This document shows, one piece after another, positions 37,440 to 48,538 of a DNA stretch of 64,000 nt. How positions within the stretch are numbered: the stretch's first letter is position 1; every line of letters begins with the position of its first letter. The translations under genes and the position numbers were made by a program. The stretch spans positions 23,146 to 87,145 of the IMG/VR virus record IMGVR_UViG_3300025133_000055. One strand, 5' to 3'. The notes under the pieces were generated by a model, which was not told where the DNA came from, did no database searches, and saw only the letters and a list, made by a program, of their open reading frames with translations. The DNA comes from a virus.

Positions 37440-37504
37440 GAATAAAATAACAATAATGCTTGACATCTCTACGAAAATATGTTATATTTATAATAGAGGA
37501 AAAA

Positions 37505-37972
37505 ATGAAAGCAAACAAATTTAAACTCTCTTATATCATTGCATTCTGGCCGGCCCTATTCTTTGTGATGATTATGTTATGTTTATCAGCCCTTTCTGGG
37601 TGTTATGGCTATGATACGGGATATTATAGTCATAAGCATAATAATCCCGAGCGGACACCAATGATCGAGGCAGTTAAGGCCTCGTGTTATTATAATTATA
37701 CATACGACGACTATAAGTGGTACTTCGATGCTTGGGTTCACTACCCAAGATATGATTTCGAAGGTGTCGTAGAAGTTCATGTTGATATTTTCGATGAAGG
37801 GTATCTAGTCGATACTTTTCCCCTATATCATAATAGGGAAAAGTATTGGGAGTCACAATGGATCGAAATGGCGGAAACACACTTGTGGTGTGGAGACTAC
37901 TACGAAGTCGAATTCGTTGCATATGATCACCAAGGGAATTTTGATATTTTTAGAACAACTCCTTATTATTGA
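37505..37972 (+). CDS. Putative lipoprotein
   Basis: GAGG RBS; lipobox ALSG-C; TTGACA-17-TATATT just upstream. Confidence 0.55.
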   Translation: MKANKFKLSYIIAFWPALFFVMIMLCLSALSGCYGYDTGYYSHKHNNPERTPMIEAVKASCYYNYTYDDYKWYFDAWVHYPRYDFEGVVEVHVDIFDEGYLVDTFPLYHNREKYWESQWIEMAETHLWCGDYYEVEFVAYDHQGNFDIFRTTPYY

Positions 37973-38052
37973 ATAAATTTGTATCTATAAAATTATTACT
38001 GGTTTATAAAACTCCTGAAACTATTTATTAGTGTTGGAGAAATTTGATTTTT

Positions 38053-41000
38053 ATGAAATTAACAAGAGAACAATTATTACAGATCGTTCAAGAAGAACTC
38101 TCAAAAATTTTAAAAGAGAGTGACCCTCCATGGATTCGTAAACGAAGAGAGAAAGAAAAGGGAGGGAGAAAACAAATACCCCTGTATGTTCCTCAGTATA
38201 GAGAACCTCCCGAAGAAGAAGAAGAAGAGGAAGAAGAGGCTCGGAGGGGAACAACCTATATAAGTGGGGGTAATATTCCAAGTGGGGGCAATATTCCATC
38301 AAGTAATATCCCGGAGGGAAAAATGTTTAAACTTACAAGATCACAGTTGAAAAAAATTATAAGAGAAGAAATATCGAATATAGTTCATGAATCCGGAGAA
38401 GATTTCCTTCAAGATATAAAGTCAACCGGAGAATGGACAGATTATACCATCGCACAGTTGGAAAAGAAGAAAGCCGCACTGATGAAGAAAAAGACAAGAA
38501 CGAAGCCCGAACAAGAAAAGGTTAGTCAAATTACTTTTGCGATCAATGCCAAAGAAGGGGATTATAAGAAGAAATGAAATTATCCAGAAAAAGATTAAAA
38601 CAAATTATCGCTGAAGAAATTCAAAGAGTGGAAGAGATTAAAAATGATGCCGTTCAATTAGCGACAATGCAAGATCAAATGAGCCAAATCAATGGTGGTG
38701 GAGATGATCAACTGATAATAGATCTCGGTTCTATGTGCGACGAGATGATCGATCCAATCAGTAGACTTAGCGATGGGTCGATGCAGGGTGCTCTACGACT
38801 ATCTCTTGATAATTTAAGGGCAATTGTTGGCGAAATCGCACAAGATTTGAAAGGTAGAAGTAGGCAGGCGGTTCAATCGCCAGAACAACATATGGGGGGT
38901 GTGCAGCCGGCACAGGCGCCACCAACGCAAGAGGAGAATAGTTAAATGTCACGATGGGGAAAACCAATAAAAAATAAGAAAAGATTCGATGCTCGTTATT
39001 TTATGAGCGAAAGAGAAGAAAGGATTGATGAGATTCATCCTGGAGATCCTGGAATTGACTCTAAAAAAAGAGATAGAAAGGAGCCTGGGGTTGATGGTGC
39101 ACCATTCCCGGGTGGTTCAATTGAAGATCTTCCTCCTATTTCCGATGATATATTGCAACAAGAAAAAGAAAAAGCTCTAGCTACAAAATTGGGATTACCA
39201 TGGAAGGGTACCGGTGGTCCGAACAAGATGGAACCTGGAGATTTTGATTGGGATGATGTTGTTGATGAAGTGGAGGCTGCACAGGAAAGAACTGCACGTG
39301 CCACCGAATTGGAAGAAACTTGAATGAAGCACGATGATCAGGATGATCATCAATAATAAAAAAATGAAAATTACACAATCACATTTAAAGAGACTTATTA
39401 AAGAAGAACTTCAAAAAGTTCTCCTTGAGGCGGAATATGATACAAAAGTAGCTATGGATATGGCATATCTTAACTGCGATAACGCAACAGCAGGAGAATT
39501 TTGTGGTGATTTTTTTAATAAAGAAAGGGCCGATCACTGGGTAGATCTCAGGGATGACCCAAAAGAGATAGAAAGAATAGGCCTATCCTTTCAGAAAAGA
39601 GGCTTATCTGCTGGAATGGTTGATCATTTGATGAAGATTTTAACCGTTATAAAATGCATTCGCGCTGGATCTGATCAAAATGAAACCGTCCAAAGAGAAA
39701 TTAAAACTATAGTTTCTGTTATTCGGGATATAATGGGTGTTGATGGAGAAATACAGTGTCCTCCAAGTGATACAGAAGAGCCTGAAGAATTAGATCACGA
39801 AGAAAGAGCCCAAAGATATCGAGATATTGGATACGGAAGGCCTTCTAGGGATTAAGGGGGTGGTATAAATATGGATATTCCTATTCCATTACCGTGCTTA
39901 CTGTTTATTTTATTTGGATTATTTACTTTTTTGGTAGTACTTTATCTAAAAGATTAATAATTACTTATGATATGATGAAAAATAGAATTCCTTTAAAAGA
40001 TTACTTGACATTCATTGCCGGAGTTGGTATAATGGTATTAATGATGGCGGGATTGATTTCTCTTGCTCTCTTTGCAAATTGTTAAACTATTTATAGCAGG
40101 AGATCTCAAAGAATGATAATAACAAAGAACCAGCTACGAAGAATTATCAAAGAAGAAATTCAAAAAGAGTTGCTTAAAGAGGGCGATGAGATAATTTTGG
40201 CCCAACAAATTATTGATTCAATAATTGGCAGCATACTTGGTGCCGGTCTCGGTGCACTCATCGCACTTCCTGGTATAGCGCTGGTTGATTGGTTGGGATC
40301 TCTTGGAATAGGTCCTGCGAAATATGATCATCAACTGAGAAAACAAGACGAAGCTAAAGCTTTGGAGAAAATTAAAGATGTTGTTGCGGGCACCTTCTTG
40401 GGCTCCGAAGATTATGAAGATCCAGACTACGAAGGTCCACCTCCAGGATACACCTCAATTGCACATGAAGAGGGGGCAAGAGAGAAGATAAAAAGAGAGA
40501 TTGATAGAAGGCTAGAAGAACTCAAAGCTAGTGACGAGATTGAGGAACTGCGCCAAATGTTCAGAGAAGAGACTGATTCAGAGAAATCAGGATCGGCAAA
40601 AGAAGATATAACACAAGTTTGGCCGCTGCATGCATATGATGAAAAATTGAACAATATGACCCTTAAGGGCGCCCAGGAATATCTTCAAGCGAGACAGCAA
40701 ACCAAAGACTGGAACGAATAAAAATGAAGCTTACAAAAAAATATTTAAGAAAATTTATTAAAGAGGAACTGGCCAAGGTCGTAGAAGACGAAGCTCACAA
40801 TCCACTGGCAGCGCGCAACACCCTAATGAGGGATCTTGGCGCAGGTGAGGCTACTCTTGGTGCAGTTGCACCTGAAGAGAGAAAATTTATCGCATTGTTA
40901 ACAAAAGATCAAGTTAAGCAAGCCAAGGATTTAGCACATGATTTTGACTGGTTTGTCCAAGAATTTACACCCGAACAGCAAAAGGCTAACGGGTGGCCAA

Positions 41001-41519
41001 TGGCCATTATCCGGCACGATTGGGAGGAGATGTAGAATGAAAATTACCAAAACACATTTAAGAAAAATTATTAAGGAAGAAGTTGTTCGTGTATGTCGCG
41101 AATACACTCTTTTGGCGGAGGGCCATGGCATTCCTGCTGATCGCTGGGACGATCGCAGTGACACGAACTATGCTCGGAAGACCTGGGTTGGCGATGAGAA
41201 TGTGCTTACTGTTCTTGCACAATATCTTTTTGATATTGGATTCCATGTCCACCCGGCCATGGAAGAGTTTCACGTGATTGAAGGATTTAAAGATTTTAAA
41301 GAAGATCTAAAAGATGGCCTCGGCTCTGATCAAATGAAGGCCACCATCAAGGATATCTCCGAACTTTTCGGAGAAGTCACCATAGAAGATGTTAAGGAAG
41401 CTATCGAGTCCCTGGAAGGGGAAGAAAGAGAGAGAGACGAGATTGATGATATCGCTGACCAGTTTGGGCTCGACCCCGAGGATCCGCGCCGGCTGATGGG
41501 TCATGACTCGTCGTACTAA
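38053..41519 (+). other. Cluster of MK(I/L)T..LxxIIxEE-leader proteins (38053, 38574, 39364, 40113, 40724, 41037) plus 38946 and 39894
   Basis: Shared N-terminal leader with unrelated acidic bodies; late motifs at about 38019 and 40085. Confidence 0.7.
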
Positions 41520-41526
41520 TTTTAAC

Positions 41527-41869
41527 GGGGGTGTCCAGGTTTCGACGTGGTAAAATAAACGAATAGTGCAGGTGGTCGACTTCAATGAATGACCTTAAAC
41601 TTATTGAAATTTTGATAATTGCCAATAACAATAATCATTTCCAAGCCGTCGCTTTAGCGGCATAGCTTGCTGGGTCTTCGCTGACCTCGTTACCCAATAG
41701 CGAATAAGCAGGTGGTTCTGCCGACAGCAAAACACCCGAGTTGTTAATACTTGTAAAGCAGCGGGAATTTAACAAGCCATTTGATTGTTTAAGAAAATAA
41801 TCTAAACCTGTGAACGACTTGAACTGGACATTGCTGCGGACGCGGGTTCGATTCCCGCCACCTCCACCA
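41527..41869 (+). ncRNA. ssrA: tmRNA
   Basis: 5' GGGGGTG pairs with CACCTCC-A-CCA 3' (G3:U alanine identity); GGTTTCGAC D-loop analogue; T-arm GCGGGTTCGATTCCCGC; tag ORF 41621-41665 ANNNNHFQAVALAA*. Confidence 0.95.
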
Positions 41870-41892
41870 TTTTATTCTAACATGAGGAAATA

Positions 41893-42156
41893 ATGAAACC
41901 TTTAAAAATTGAACCGAAAGAGATCGACATAATTGTCGCCTCGTTGGGTAATTCTCTCGATACTTGGTCAAAACGAATCGAGGCCGAAGAACTTCCAGAT
42001 GATTTTGATCAGGATATAGCCGAAAATCTGTTTTTTGACATACTGGCGACATATGATAAGTTTTTAACCTTTCAAAATCAAATGACTGAGGACTTGGAAG
42101 AAAAAAAGGAAGAATTACCGGAGAATGTACTTGAGTTCCCAAGGGGAAATAGATGA
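41893..42156 (+). CDS. Small acidic hypothetical protein
   Basis: GAGG RBS; C-terminal NVLEFP. Confidence 0.55.
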   Translation: MKPLKIEPKEIDIIVASLGNSLDTWSKRIEAEELPDDFDQDIAENLFFDILATYDKFLTFQNQMTEDLEEKKEELPENVLEFPRGNR

Positions 42157-42325
42157 GTCATCCAACAATTAAGAGATGTGCCGAATCCCGGTAAAGATTG
42201 GACCAAAAAGGTTAAACAAATGTGGCAAAGTAGGCTTGGATCTAAGGTTGCAGTTCATGTTGTGTATTCAAAAGTAAATTCTGGAAGTATTCAGAAGTTT
42301 CTCGAAGGATAAACTATTTATAGAC

Positions 42326-44158
42326 ATGAAGATGTTATTCGAAAATAAAGAATTAATTTTAGAATTTAATAATAAAGATAAGTCCGCCGTTTTAAAAGAC
42401 GGTGAAAAATTTACTGTGGCTTTTGAAATTGAATTAGAGACGGAACTAAACGAATACGACGACTGTGATTATGAAGATATTGAAGATATCATAATTGTGC
42501 TTCGTATGGAATTTCCAAATTTTATGAATAAATATGAAGCCAATCTTGATATTAAAGAAGATGGCTCGTTGACTTGTGGTGTTGAATTTACTATGGACCG
42601 GCCAAAATATATGACTGGTTTAAAAAATGCAATTGAATTTCTTGAATTATTTTTTAAGGATTATAAGAATCAAGATTATTTCTTTTTTAGCGAGAATACG
42701 GGACTTCATACCAACATTGGATATCTCGGTAAAGAAGGAGAGCTTGAGGGGGACTATAACTTTTTTAAAGCTCTCGCATTTTTAAATCACTCGCATGCAA
42801 CATCAGGTATGGGCTTTGGATCAAGAGAATTTTCGGGTTGGGCGACAGATCTCAAAGGACCAGCAATAAAAGATATCAAGAAATTTTTGAAGAGGCTTCC
42901 CGAGAGGAGCGGCGGAATGAAATTTTTATCAAAAGAAAAATTAATGAAAATGTATTTAGAAAGAAATTTCGATGATATATCAAAAATATTAAGTGATCAA
43001 GTTGAAAAAACAGCCGGCAAAACTTGGTCAAAAAAACAGGGATTTAATATAGATAATGTTGGCGACCTAAAATATATTGAGTTTAGATATCCAGGCAACC
43101 GCGATCCAAATCTCAAAAATATGACCAAGGCACTTCTATATTATTCTTTTATTGTTAAAGCTTCGGCTGATCCAGAATTTAAAAAAAGAGATTATATAAA
43201 AGATCTTATCGGGTTTTTTAATGAGGCGATGGACGACGAAAATAATACAAGTGCAGTTAAGGCTCCCTTTTTAAAAGAATTTAATAAAGGAATGGATTTT
43301 CTTGAGAATACTAATTCGGGTTTTAGTATCTTTTCATATTTAGAGGCGGCCCTCATAGATTCTATCGATTGGCAATGGGCAAATGAGAGGACACCAGTGG
43401 ATTTATTGAATGACACCAGGGAGCATGCCTCTAATATTGTGGAAAGAATTATTTATTGGGGGTTCGGAGGATTAATACATGTGCTTAAGCATAATACTTT
43501 TGCAGTATATAATGGCCTCTCTAAGGGTAAAGTCTCTCTCGATAGTTTAAAATTAAACCCAGCCGCAGTTTCGACTCATTTTAATGCATCTGCCAATGTG
43601 GAGAATAAATTAATTTCTCCAAAAGAATTTCAGAAACGATTGCCGGCAGCGCGGGTAGGCAGCGATCTTGATTTGATGCCGATATTTTCGTATCAGACTG
43701 GACGACAGCGGGATTTAACAAAAATAATGGATATAATTCTTAATAGTTCTAGTGCACTAGAAATCTCAGAAAAATTATATTCACCTTTCCCAATGAAAGA
43801 CGATTCTCCTATGGGCAAAATGCTTAAAGGGTATCCACTTAAGGGCAGCACTGATAGTGGTTTTTCAAAATCTGATAAAGAGGAGTTTGAAAATGCCTGG
43901 AAAGAGGATGAAGAGCCGTGGGAGGATGAAGAGCCGTGGGAGGATGATGACTACTCGCTATGGGAGGAGGAAGAGGAAGGAGTTCTTGCGGCCACAGATG
44001 TCAATGATCCGATTTTGTCATCGATCAGCGGCTGGCCTCCCACCGAAGAGGAGATACAAAGCCTAGTTGATGCCGGAATATTGGTCCGAAAAACACCAAC
44101 AAAAAAAGATAAAAAATTATCAGAACTCAAACAATATTTTAAGAAATATAAATTTTAA
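42326..44158 (+). CDS. Amidoligase (COOH-NH2 ligase)-like protein, paralog A
   Basis: FEIE, EDGSL..GVEF, TGLHTNIG and YIEFR; late motif 13 nt upstream. Confidence 0.72.
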   Translation: MKMLFENKELILEFNNKDKSAVLKDGEKFTVAFEIELETELNEYDDCDYEDIEDIIIVLRMEFPNFMNKYEANLDIKEDGSLTCGVEFTMDRPKYMTGLKNAIEFLELFFKDYKNQDYFFFSENTGLHTNIGYLGKEGELEGDYNFFKALAFLNHSHATSGMGFGSREFSGWATDLKGPAIKDIKKFLKRLPERSGGMKFLSKEKLMKMYLERNFDDISKILSDQVEKTAGKTWSKKQGFNIDNVGDLKYIEFRYPGNRDPNLKNMTKALLYYSFIVKASADPEFKKRDYIKDLIGFFNEAMDDENNTSAVKAPFLKEFNKGMDFLENTNSGFSIFSYLEAALIDSIDWQWANERTPVDLLNDTREHASNIVERIIYWGFGGLIHVLKHNTFAVYNGLSKGKVSLDSLKLNPAAVSTHFNASANVENKLISPKEFQKRLPAARVGSDLDLMPIFSYQTGRQRDLTKIMDIILNSSSALEISEKLYSPFPMKDDSPMGKMLKGYPLKGSTDSGFSKSDKEEFENAWKEDEEPWEDEEPWEDDDYSLWEEEEEGVLAATDVNDPILSSISGWPPTEEEIQSLVDAGILVRKTPTKKDKKLSELKQYFKKYKF

Positions 44159-44336
44159 AAAAGGAAAGAAAATGAAGCCACTTGAATGTGCCATCAAAGA
44201 AGAAGAAGAAGAAAAGGATATAAAAGAACCAGAGCAATATCATCTAGAAAAAGCCCTTGCGAAATGCGGAGACCATTGCATGCAAGAATTTGAAGATGTA
44301 TATAATATTTGGGACTGGCATAAAGGATGGGGCTAA

Positions 44337-44786
44337 ATGAAGGTTTTTGTTTACGGAACATTAATGGATGGCGAGCCCAACAACATCTTTTTACGAAAAG
44401 ATGCGACTTTTTTAGGCGAAGGGGAGACAAAGCCGCTCTATACTCTTTATGATCTTAACGCATTTCCGGCAATGGTTTTTGGTGGAGATACTTCAATAAA
44501 GGGCGAAGTATATGAAGTTTCCCAAAGTGCTCTAAGAGATTTGGATCGCTTAGAGAGCTATGATTCAAGGCACCCAGAACGTGGTCTCTATAACCGTCAG
44601 CTTATTCTTATTCAATTAAAAGATAGGGATGTGGCGGCTTTGGCATACTTTTTAGATGAGATTCCATTAACAGTTGCGGGCCATCCTCATCCAATAATTC
44701 CAAGCGGAGATTGGAGAGAGGCATTAAAAGGAGGTTATGTAGAAGATGAACCACTCATTAATAAAGAAGGGCGACAGAGGTTCTGA
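44337..44786 (+). CDS. Gamma-glutamylcyclotransferase (AIG2-like)
   Basis: VFVYGTLM.G..N, FPA, GEVYEV and LD.LE. Confidence 0.88.
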   Translation: MKVFVYGTLMDGEPNNIFLRKDATFLGEGETKPLYTLYDLNAFPAMVFGGDTSIKGEVYEVSQSALRDLDRLESYDSRHPERGLYNRQLILIQLKDRDVAALAYFLDEIPLTVAGHPHPIIPSGDWREALKGGYVEDEPLINKEGRQRF

Positions 44787-45666
44787 TGTTGCCTTATGTC
44801 AAAGATCACTAACAGAAAAAGGATATCCAACAACTGTGGATTCTAATTTTGGTCCTGGGACAGAGGCCAAAGTAAAAGAATTCCAGGGAGATAATGGTTT
44901 ATCCGTCGATGGAATCGTGGGCCAGAACACTTGGCGACTTCTCTTAAGGGTCATTGATTCCTGCGGCATCGAAAAGAAGCACATTGTTCACAATGGAAAG
45001 CTTATTCCAATTGGTTGGGACAAGGTTGTCTTGTGGCACGAACCAGGAGGCTTGGCTATCAAGCCGGGCCGATATTATGATAATTCTGGAAAAGCAGAAA
45101 GAAAACCAACAATGTTTGTTAATCATTGGGATGTCTGCCTTTCAGCAGAGAGTTGTACAAATATTTTGAATGATAGGGGTGTCTCGGTTCATTTCTGCCT
45201 AGATAATGACGGAACAATTTATCAGGTTCTTGATACACAACACGGTGGATGGCACTGCTCACGGGCAGCAGGGAACAAGAAAAGTATTGGAATCGAAATA
45301 AGCAATGCTTATTACCAGAAATATCAGAAGACATATGTAAAAAATGGATTTGGCGAAAGACCGATACAAACCGAGGGTTTGGTTCATGGACGAAAGCTCA
45401 ATCCATTTTTGTGGTTCTACCCTCGTCAAATTGAGGCTCTCAAGGCCCTGTGGACTGCCGTGAGTGTGTCCTACGGAATTCCCTTGGTCTATCCACAAAA
45501 TGATGATGGAACGCCTTGTACGACGACTCACGAGGGATGTATTAAAGGAACGTTCGAAGGTTTCTGTAATCATTACAACTTCACCGATCGGAAGATAGAT
45601 TGCGCTGGATTAGATATGTCTGGGCTCATAGAAGAAGTCAGGGGTTTTCTTCCAGATGATGACTAA
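44746..45666 (+). CDS. Endolysin: peptidoglycan-binding domain plus amidase_2
   Basis: G..G.DV...Q..L...G...VD..FG..T...V..FQ...GL.VDGIVG..TW; amidase VNHW, SVHF, WH, N..SIGIE and H.....KIDC. Confidence 0.88.
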   Translation: MNHSLIKKGDRGSDVALCQRSLTEKGYPTTVDSNFGPGTEAKVKEFQGDNGLSVDGIVGQNTWRLLLRVIDSCGIEKKHIVHNGKLIPIGWDKVVLWHEPGGLAIKPGRYYDNSGKAERKPTMFVNHWDVCLSAESCTNILNDRGVSVHFCLDNDGTIYQVLDTQHGGWHCSRAAGNKKSIGIEISNAYYQKYQKTYVKNGFGERPIQTEGLVHGRKLNPFLWFYPRQIEALKALWTAVSVSYGIPLVYPQNDDGTPCTTTHEGCIKGTFEGFCNHYNFTDRKIDCAGLDMSGLIEEVRGFLPDDD

Positions 45667-45674
45667 TTATAGTC

Positions 45675-46232
45675 GTGAAACTCCTACTTGAAAATTGGCG
45701 ACATTTCTTAAACGAAAGTGTTAACCCTGAAGAGGAATTATACTTGGGGGAAATTCAAGTAGAGGATAAGGTCATACCGGTTTTTCTTGACCCCGAAAAC
45801 GGAATTGGCCAAGTGCCGTGGAATCAGAATATTAATTATGTGGGTTTTGTTGTCTATATGACGCCAAGTGAATTTTTAAGATTAAATCCATCACGCAGTT
45901 CAGGAGAAGAATCTTTTCAATCCTTGAAGGATTATATGCTGTCTCAAGAAGAACTAAAAATTGGCCCTCCATTTTTGCAGCCGCGATGGGATGAAGAATC
46001 AAATCGCTGGATAATCAAACAACATGAAGGTCGAGGTAGAATGTTGGTTTTAAATGAATATATGCCTGATGAAGAAATTCCCGTGCATGTTTTTCCCCGA
46101 GGAGGACTTAGATCGCGTCATATAACAGATGAAATGCTTTTTGCTGATATGTTGTCTGATCCTCGCGGAGACTCTGATAATGTCTTCTCGCCAACAAAAG
46201 TAATTTTAAATGGAGAAACCAGAACACAATGA
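45675..46232 (+). CDS. MKLLLENW cassette 1: ParB/Srx-like domain
   Basis: M.PSEFL, PPFL and HEGRGR; GTG start 13 nt after the start of ACTAATTAT. Confidence 0.55.
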   Translation: MKLLLENWRHFLNESVNPEEELYLGEIQVEDKVIPVFLDPENGIGQVPWNQNINYVGFVVYMTPSEFLRLNPSRSSGEESFQSLKDYMLSQEELKIGPPFLQPRWDEESNRWIIKQHEGRGRMLVLNEYMPDEEIPVHVFPRGGLRSRHITDEMLFADMLSDPRGDSDNVFSPTKVILNGETRTQ

Positions 46233-46627
46233 AGCTCCTACTTGAAAATTGGCGGAAGTATATAATAGATGAGGTAAAAATTTCAACTGAAGACGATAAG
46301 AGGATCTTTCAGATAGACGGCGGAAGGATAACTGTCATAGAAAACAGTAAATGGGCCGGTGGCGCTCATTCGATATACGATTTTTTTGTTGATGAAAATA
46401 AAAGAGGCGAAGGTTTAGGAAAGAAATTAATCCAGATAGTGTTGGATAAATATCCGAGTAAAGAAATCTCCGCGCAAGTAAGCAGTTTAGCTTCCTTGAA
46501 GGCTTTTATGGATTCGGGTTTTAAACCCTCCGAAAAGCCCGATGCTTCTTTTGAAGAAGCAAAAGAAATTTTTGATTTCAACTCTAGTAGCCTAAATTTG
46601 AGGATTAACTATGAAACTCCTACTTGA
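46229..46627 (+). CDS. MKLLLENW cassette 2: GNAT acetyltransferase
   Basis: Acetyl-CoA motif A FFVDENKRGEGLGKKLI; S..AF...GF. Confidence 0.75.
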   Translation: MKLLLENWRKYIIDEVKISTEDDKRIFQIDGGRITVIENSKWAGGAHSIYDFFVDENKRGEGLGKKLIQIVLDKYPSKEISAQVSSLASLKAFMDSGFKPSEKPDASFEEAKEIFDFNSSSLNLRINYETPT

Positions 46628-47828
46628 AAATTGGCGGAAGTATTTGAATGAAGTTACCTTTTCAGATGCAAAAGAAACCCTTAATTCTAAGCGCACTTTA
46701 AAAATAATCAAAAATTATATTTATAATAGAAAACAAGAAAATCCTGACTTCCTTGAAGTAGAGTTTGAGACTCAACATCGCAACTTTAAAAATTATCTTC
46801 TTGATATTGTTCCAGATGATTTAACAGACAATCAAAAAGGCACTTCTGTTCTGTGGCTACTTAAAATGGCCAGAGAAGATAGCGACCTCGCTGCTCATCT
46901 TATTAATGGTCGTGCTATAGTTGGTCCCCGAAGCAGTCTGGAAACATTCTTCCACCATCAGCAATTTATGCCCAATCAAGATTTGATGCAAATCAAATCC
47001 CTAGACGATCTTGTCGTCATGACTCACAATGCAAAAGAAGAAATTCAAAAAGCACAAGAGAGAAAGAATTATCTTGATGCAGAACAGGGCACGGAAATTT
47101 TTAGCGGTAAAATGGAGCGCAATGAAGAAACCGGAGAATTAGAGAGGGCCCCCGGTAAGAATGGATGGTTTGTCGCGGCCCTTCACAACAAGGGCAGCGC
47201 ATGCGAATTAGGAAAAGGAACAGATTGGTGTACTGCCGCCCCCGGTTTGGATTATTTTGAAGATTATTATAAACCTGATGATCCGCTATTTTATTTCGAA
47301 AACAAGAAGAATAATAAGTTTCAGTTCCACTATGGCTCGGCTCAGTTTATGGATGCGAATGACAACCGAGTTGATAAAGAAACTTTTCAAATGTTACACG
47401 ATAAACTTATTGAAACCGAGGCGTGGAATAAGTATGAGAAGCTCAGAATATTTGTTTTGAACAAGATGGTGCAAATGCGCCTCGTTGATGGGTCGCCAGG
47501 GATGGAGGCGCTGATAGACGAGATGAGGGAAATTCTGAATTCTTTAGAAGATCCTTATGGCATGGCAAACTCGTTAGCAGAAATGGCAACAATGGATCAT
47601 TTCAATATCCCAACATATATTTTAAGGTGGTTAGCCAGCGAAGAGTTTTATAAATATCTTGGAGTTGCTAGAAGAATTGTGAAATATCACGAGGTTGTTC
47701 CTTCAAGCATCTTAAAGGATATAGCGGAAAATTATCCGAACGAGAGAACAAGAGTAATGGCACGAGAGGCTTTAGATAAGAGAAGAAGTGACTCGGACTA
47801 CGGAAATAGGATGTCAAAACTTAAATGA
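46611..47828 (+). CDS. MKLLLENW cassette 3: protein with G.GT.WCT motif (PcfJ-like region) and helical C-terminus
   Basis: SACELGKGTDWCTAA...Y...PLFY...KFQFH...FMDAND. Confidence 0.55.
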   Translation: MKLLLENWRKYLNEVTFSDAKETLNSKRTLKIIKNYIYNRKQENPDFLEVEFETQHRNFKNYLLDIVPDDLTDNQKGTSVLWLLKMAREDSDLAAHLINGRAIVGPRSSLETFFHHQQFMPNQDLMQIKSLDDLVVMTHNAKEEIQKAQERKNYLDAEQGTEIFSGKMERNEETGELERAPGKNGWFVAALHNKGSACELGKGTDWCTAAPGLDYFEDYYKPDDPLFYFENKKNNKFQFHYGSAQFMDANDNRVDKETFQMLHDKLIETEAWNKYEKLRIFVLNKMVQMRLVDGSPGMEALIDEMREILNSLEDPYGMANSLAEMATMDHFNIPTYILRWLASEEFYKYLGVARRIVKYHEVVPSSILKDIAENYPNERTRVMAREALDKRRSDSDYGNRMSKLK

Positions 47829-48538
47829 AACTCCTACTTGAAAATTGGCGGAAATTCTTAAAAGAAGAACAAGAGGGCGAAGGTATGCTTTTATATCACG
47901 CGACCTGTTTCCCACCAGAGTCTTTCACCGGGGGTATTGACGCCACTAGGGCAAAAGGGTTTGGTCAAGGAGCGGGTTTTTACTTTTTTACTAAAAAAGA
48001 GAATGCTATTAGCCACGGAAAGAGTCTTTTGGCGGATAAAGTCTATTCAAAGGGCGAGTCGTGCCCCGATGATGCAACCACTGCTTATATCATCGTTAGT
48101 GACGAACCGGTGACCCCAGAAACTTTTGATATCGATTATGAGGTATATGCATCAGGGTTTTCGCAGTTTATGATAGATAATATAGATTTTTTCTATAACA
48201 ATATGAAAGAGTTCGGTATGGCTCCTCCCCGAATATCATCAAGAAAAACACCTGAACAATATTTGAAAGAATTTCCACATCAATTCAAAGTACCCGACGA
48301 TGAGTCTGGAACAATTAGAATAGGGTATTTTGCACAGGGCAGCGATACAGATGTTTATAAAGCGGCTAGCCTATCAAAGATTGCCACTAGGCTAGCTGAA
48401 CTTAAGCCCGATATGTTCAAAAATTTTGAAGAACAGTTCTTGTCAAAAGCCAGTGCCATCAAATACAATGGCAAAGAAAAAATTATTCCCTTAAGAATTG
48501 AAGATCTTGAGGGGAAGATTGTATGGAGTCGAGGATGA
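47825..48538 (+). CDS. MKLLLENW cassette 4: ADP-ribosyltransferase-fold-like protein
   Basis: LYHAT...F..GID...GFGQGAGFYF....A..H (H-Y type ART core). Confidence 0.55.
   Translation: MKLLLENWRKFLKEEQEGEGMLLYHATCFPPESFTGGIDATRAKGFGQGAGFYFFTKKENAISHGKSLLADKVYSKGESCPDDATTAYIIVSDEPVTPETFDIDYEVYASGFSQFMIDNIDFFYNNMKEFGMAPPRISSRKTPEQYLKEFPHQFKVPDDESGTIRIGYFAQGSDTDVYKAASLSKIATRLAELKPDMFKNFEEQFLSKASAIKYNGKEKIIPLRIEDLEGKIVWSRG

Noticed and set aside
41820-41869. Stand-alone tRNA gene
   Set aside because: The T-arm and CCA belong to the tmRNA, whose 5' acceptor strand is 340 nt upstream with a tag ORF between.
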